DNA from: Enoplolaimus lenunculus
Lineage: Eukaryota
Reading direction: 5' to 3'
Length of the DNA stretch: 64,000 nucleotides
NCBI GenBank assembly: GCA_030248215.1
Contig: JASANG010003345.1
Coordinates: forward strand, 434,001-498,000
The position numbers and the translations under genes were made by a program. Position 1 is the first letter of the stretch. Each line of letters starts with the position of its first letter. This document shows, in pieces, positions 63,872-64,000 of the stretch. The notes below the pieces were generated by a model. The model worked only from the letters and a program-made list of their open reading frames with translations, was not told the origin of the DNA and did no database searches.

Positions 63872-64000
63872 CTGTAACACAAAACAAACTGATTTCAAAC
63901 GGTTAATAAAACCGTAGCAAATCACTGACCTGAAAATTTCACTCAGCGCATACCGATGAACTCTCCTAACAAAAAATACGGCGGAAAGGTGCGAAACGTT

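Noticed and set aside
63930..63965. 36-nt candidate upstream exon of the docking-protein gene
   Set aside because: Good splice signals, but it has a stop in the phase needed to join exon 63871-63627; left unresolved.

Overview
AT-rich eukaryotic (metazoan, probably nematode-like: TTAGGC repeats, TTTTCAG-type acceptors, WR1/Lustrin-type Cys repeats) genomic DNA, densely peppered with MITEs. Host genes were reconstructed by hand from splice signals: two tandem paralogous secreted cysteine-repeat proteins (1075-6803, 15648-19324), two tandem two-exon prepropeptide genes with an allatostatin-C/somatostatin-like CYLTPVQC ring (49358-50396, 54718-56718), and the 3' part of a minus-strand FRS2/Gab-type docking protein (58369-63871). 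The centrepiece is a young Ty3/Gypsy (CsRN1-clade-like) retrotransposon in a shared-LTR tandem (LTR-int-LTR-int-LTR, 30598-41452, 4-bp TSD). It has two unusual features: a 2A/StopGo-like motif (LLLIGCVEPNPG|P) in front of Gag, and an HDGF/LEDGF-like PWWP domain fused to the C-terminus of integrase. In the second unit the integrase region is replaced by an unrelated 1.1-kb hairpin-rich sequence with four covarying TCTAAC-GGG-GTTAGA stem-loops, which may be real cargo or an assembly artefact. All family assignments come from motif recognition, without database searches.
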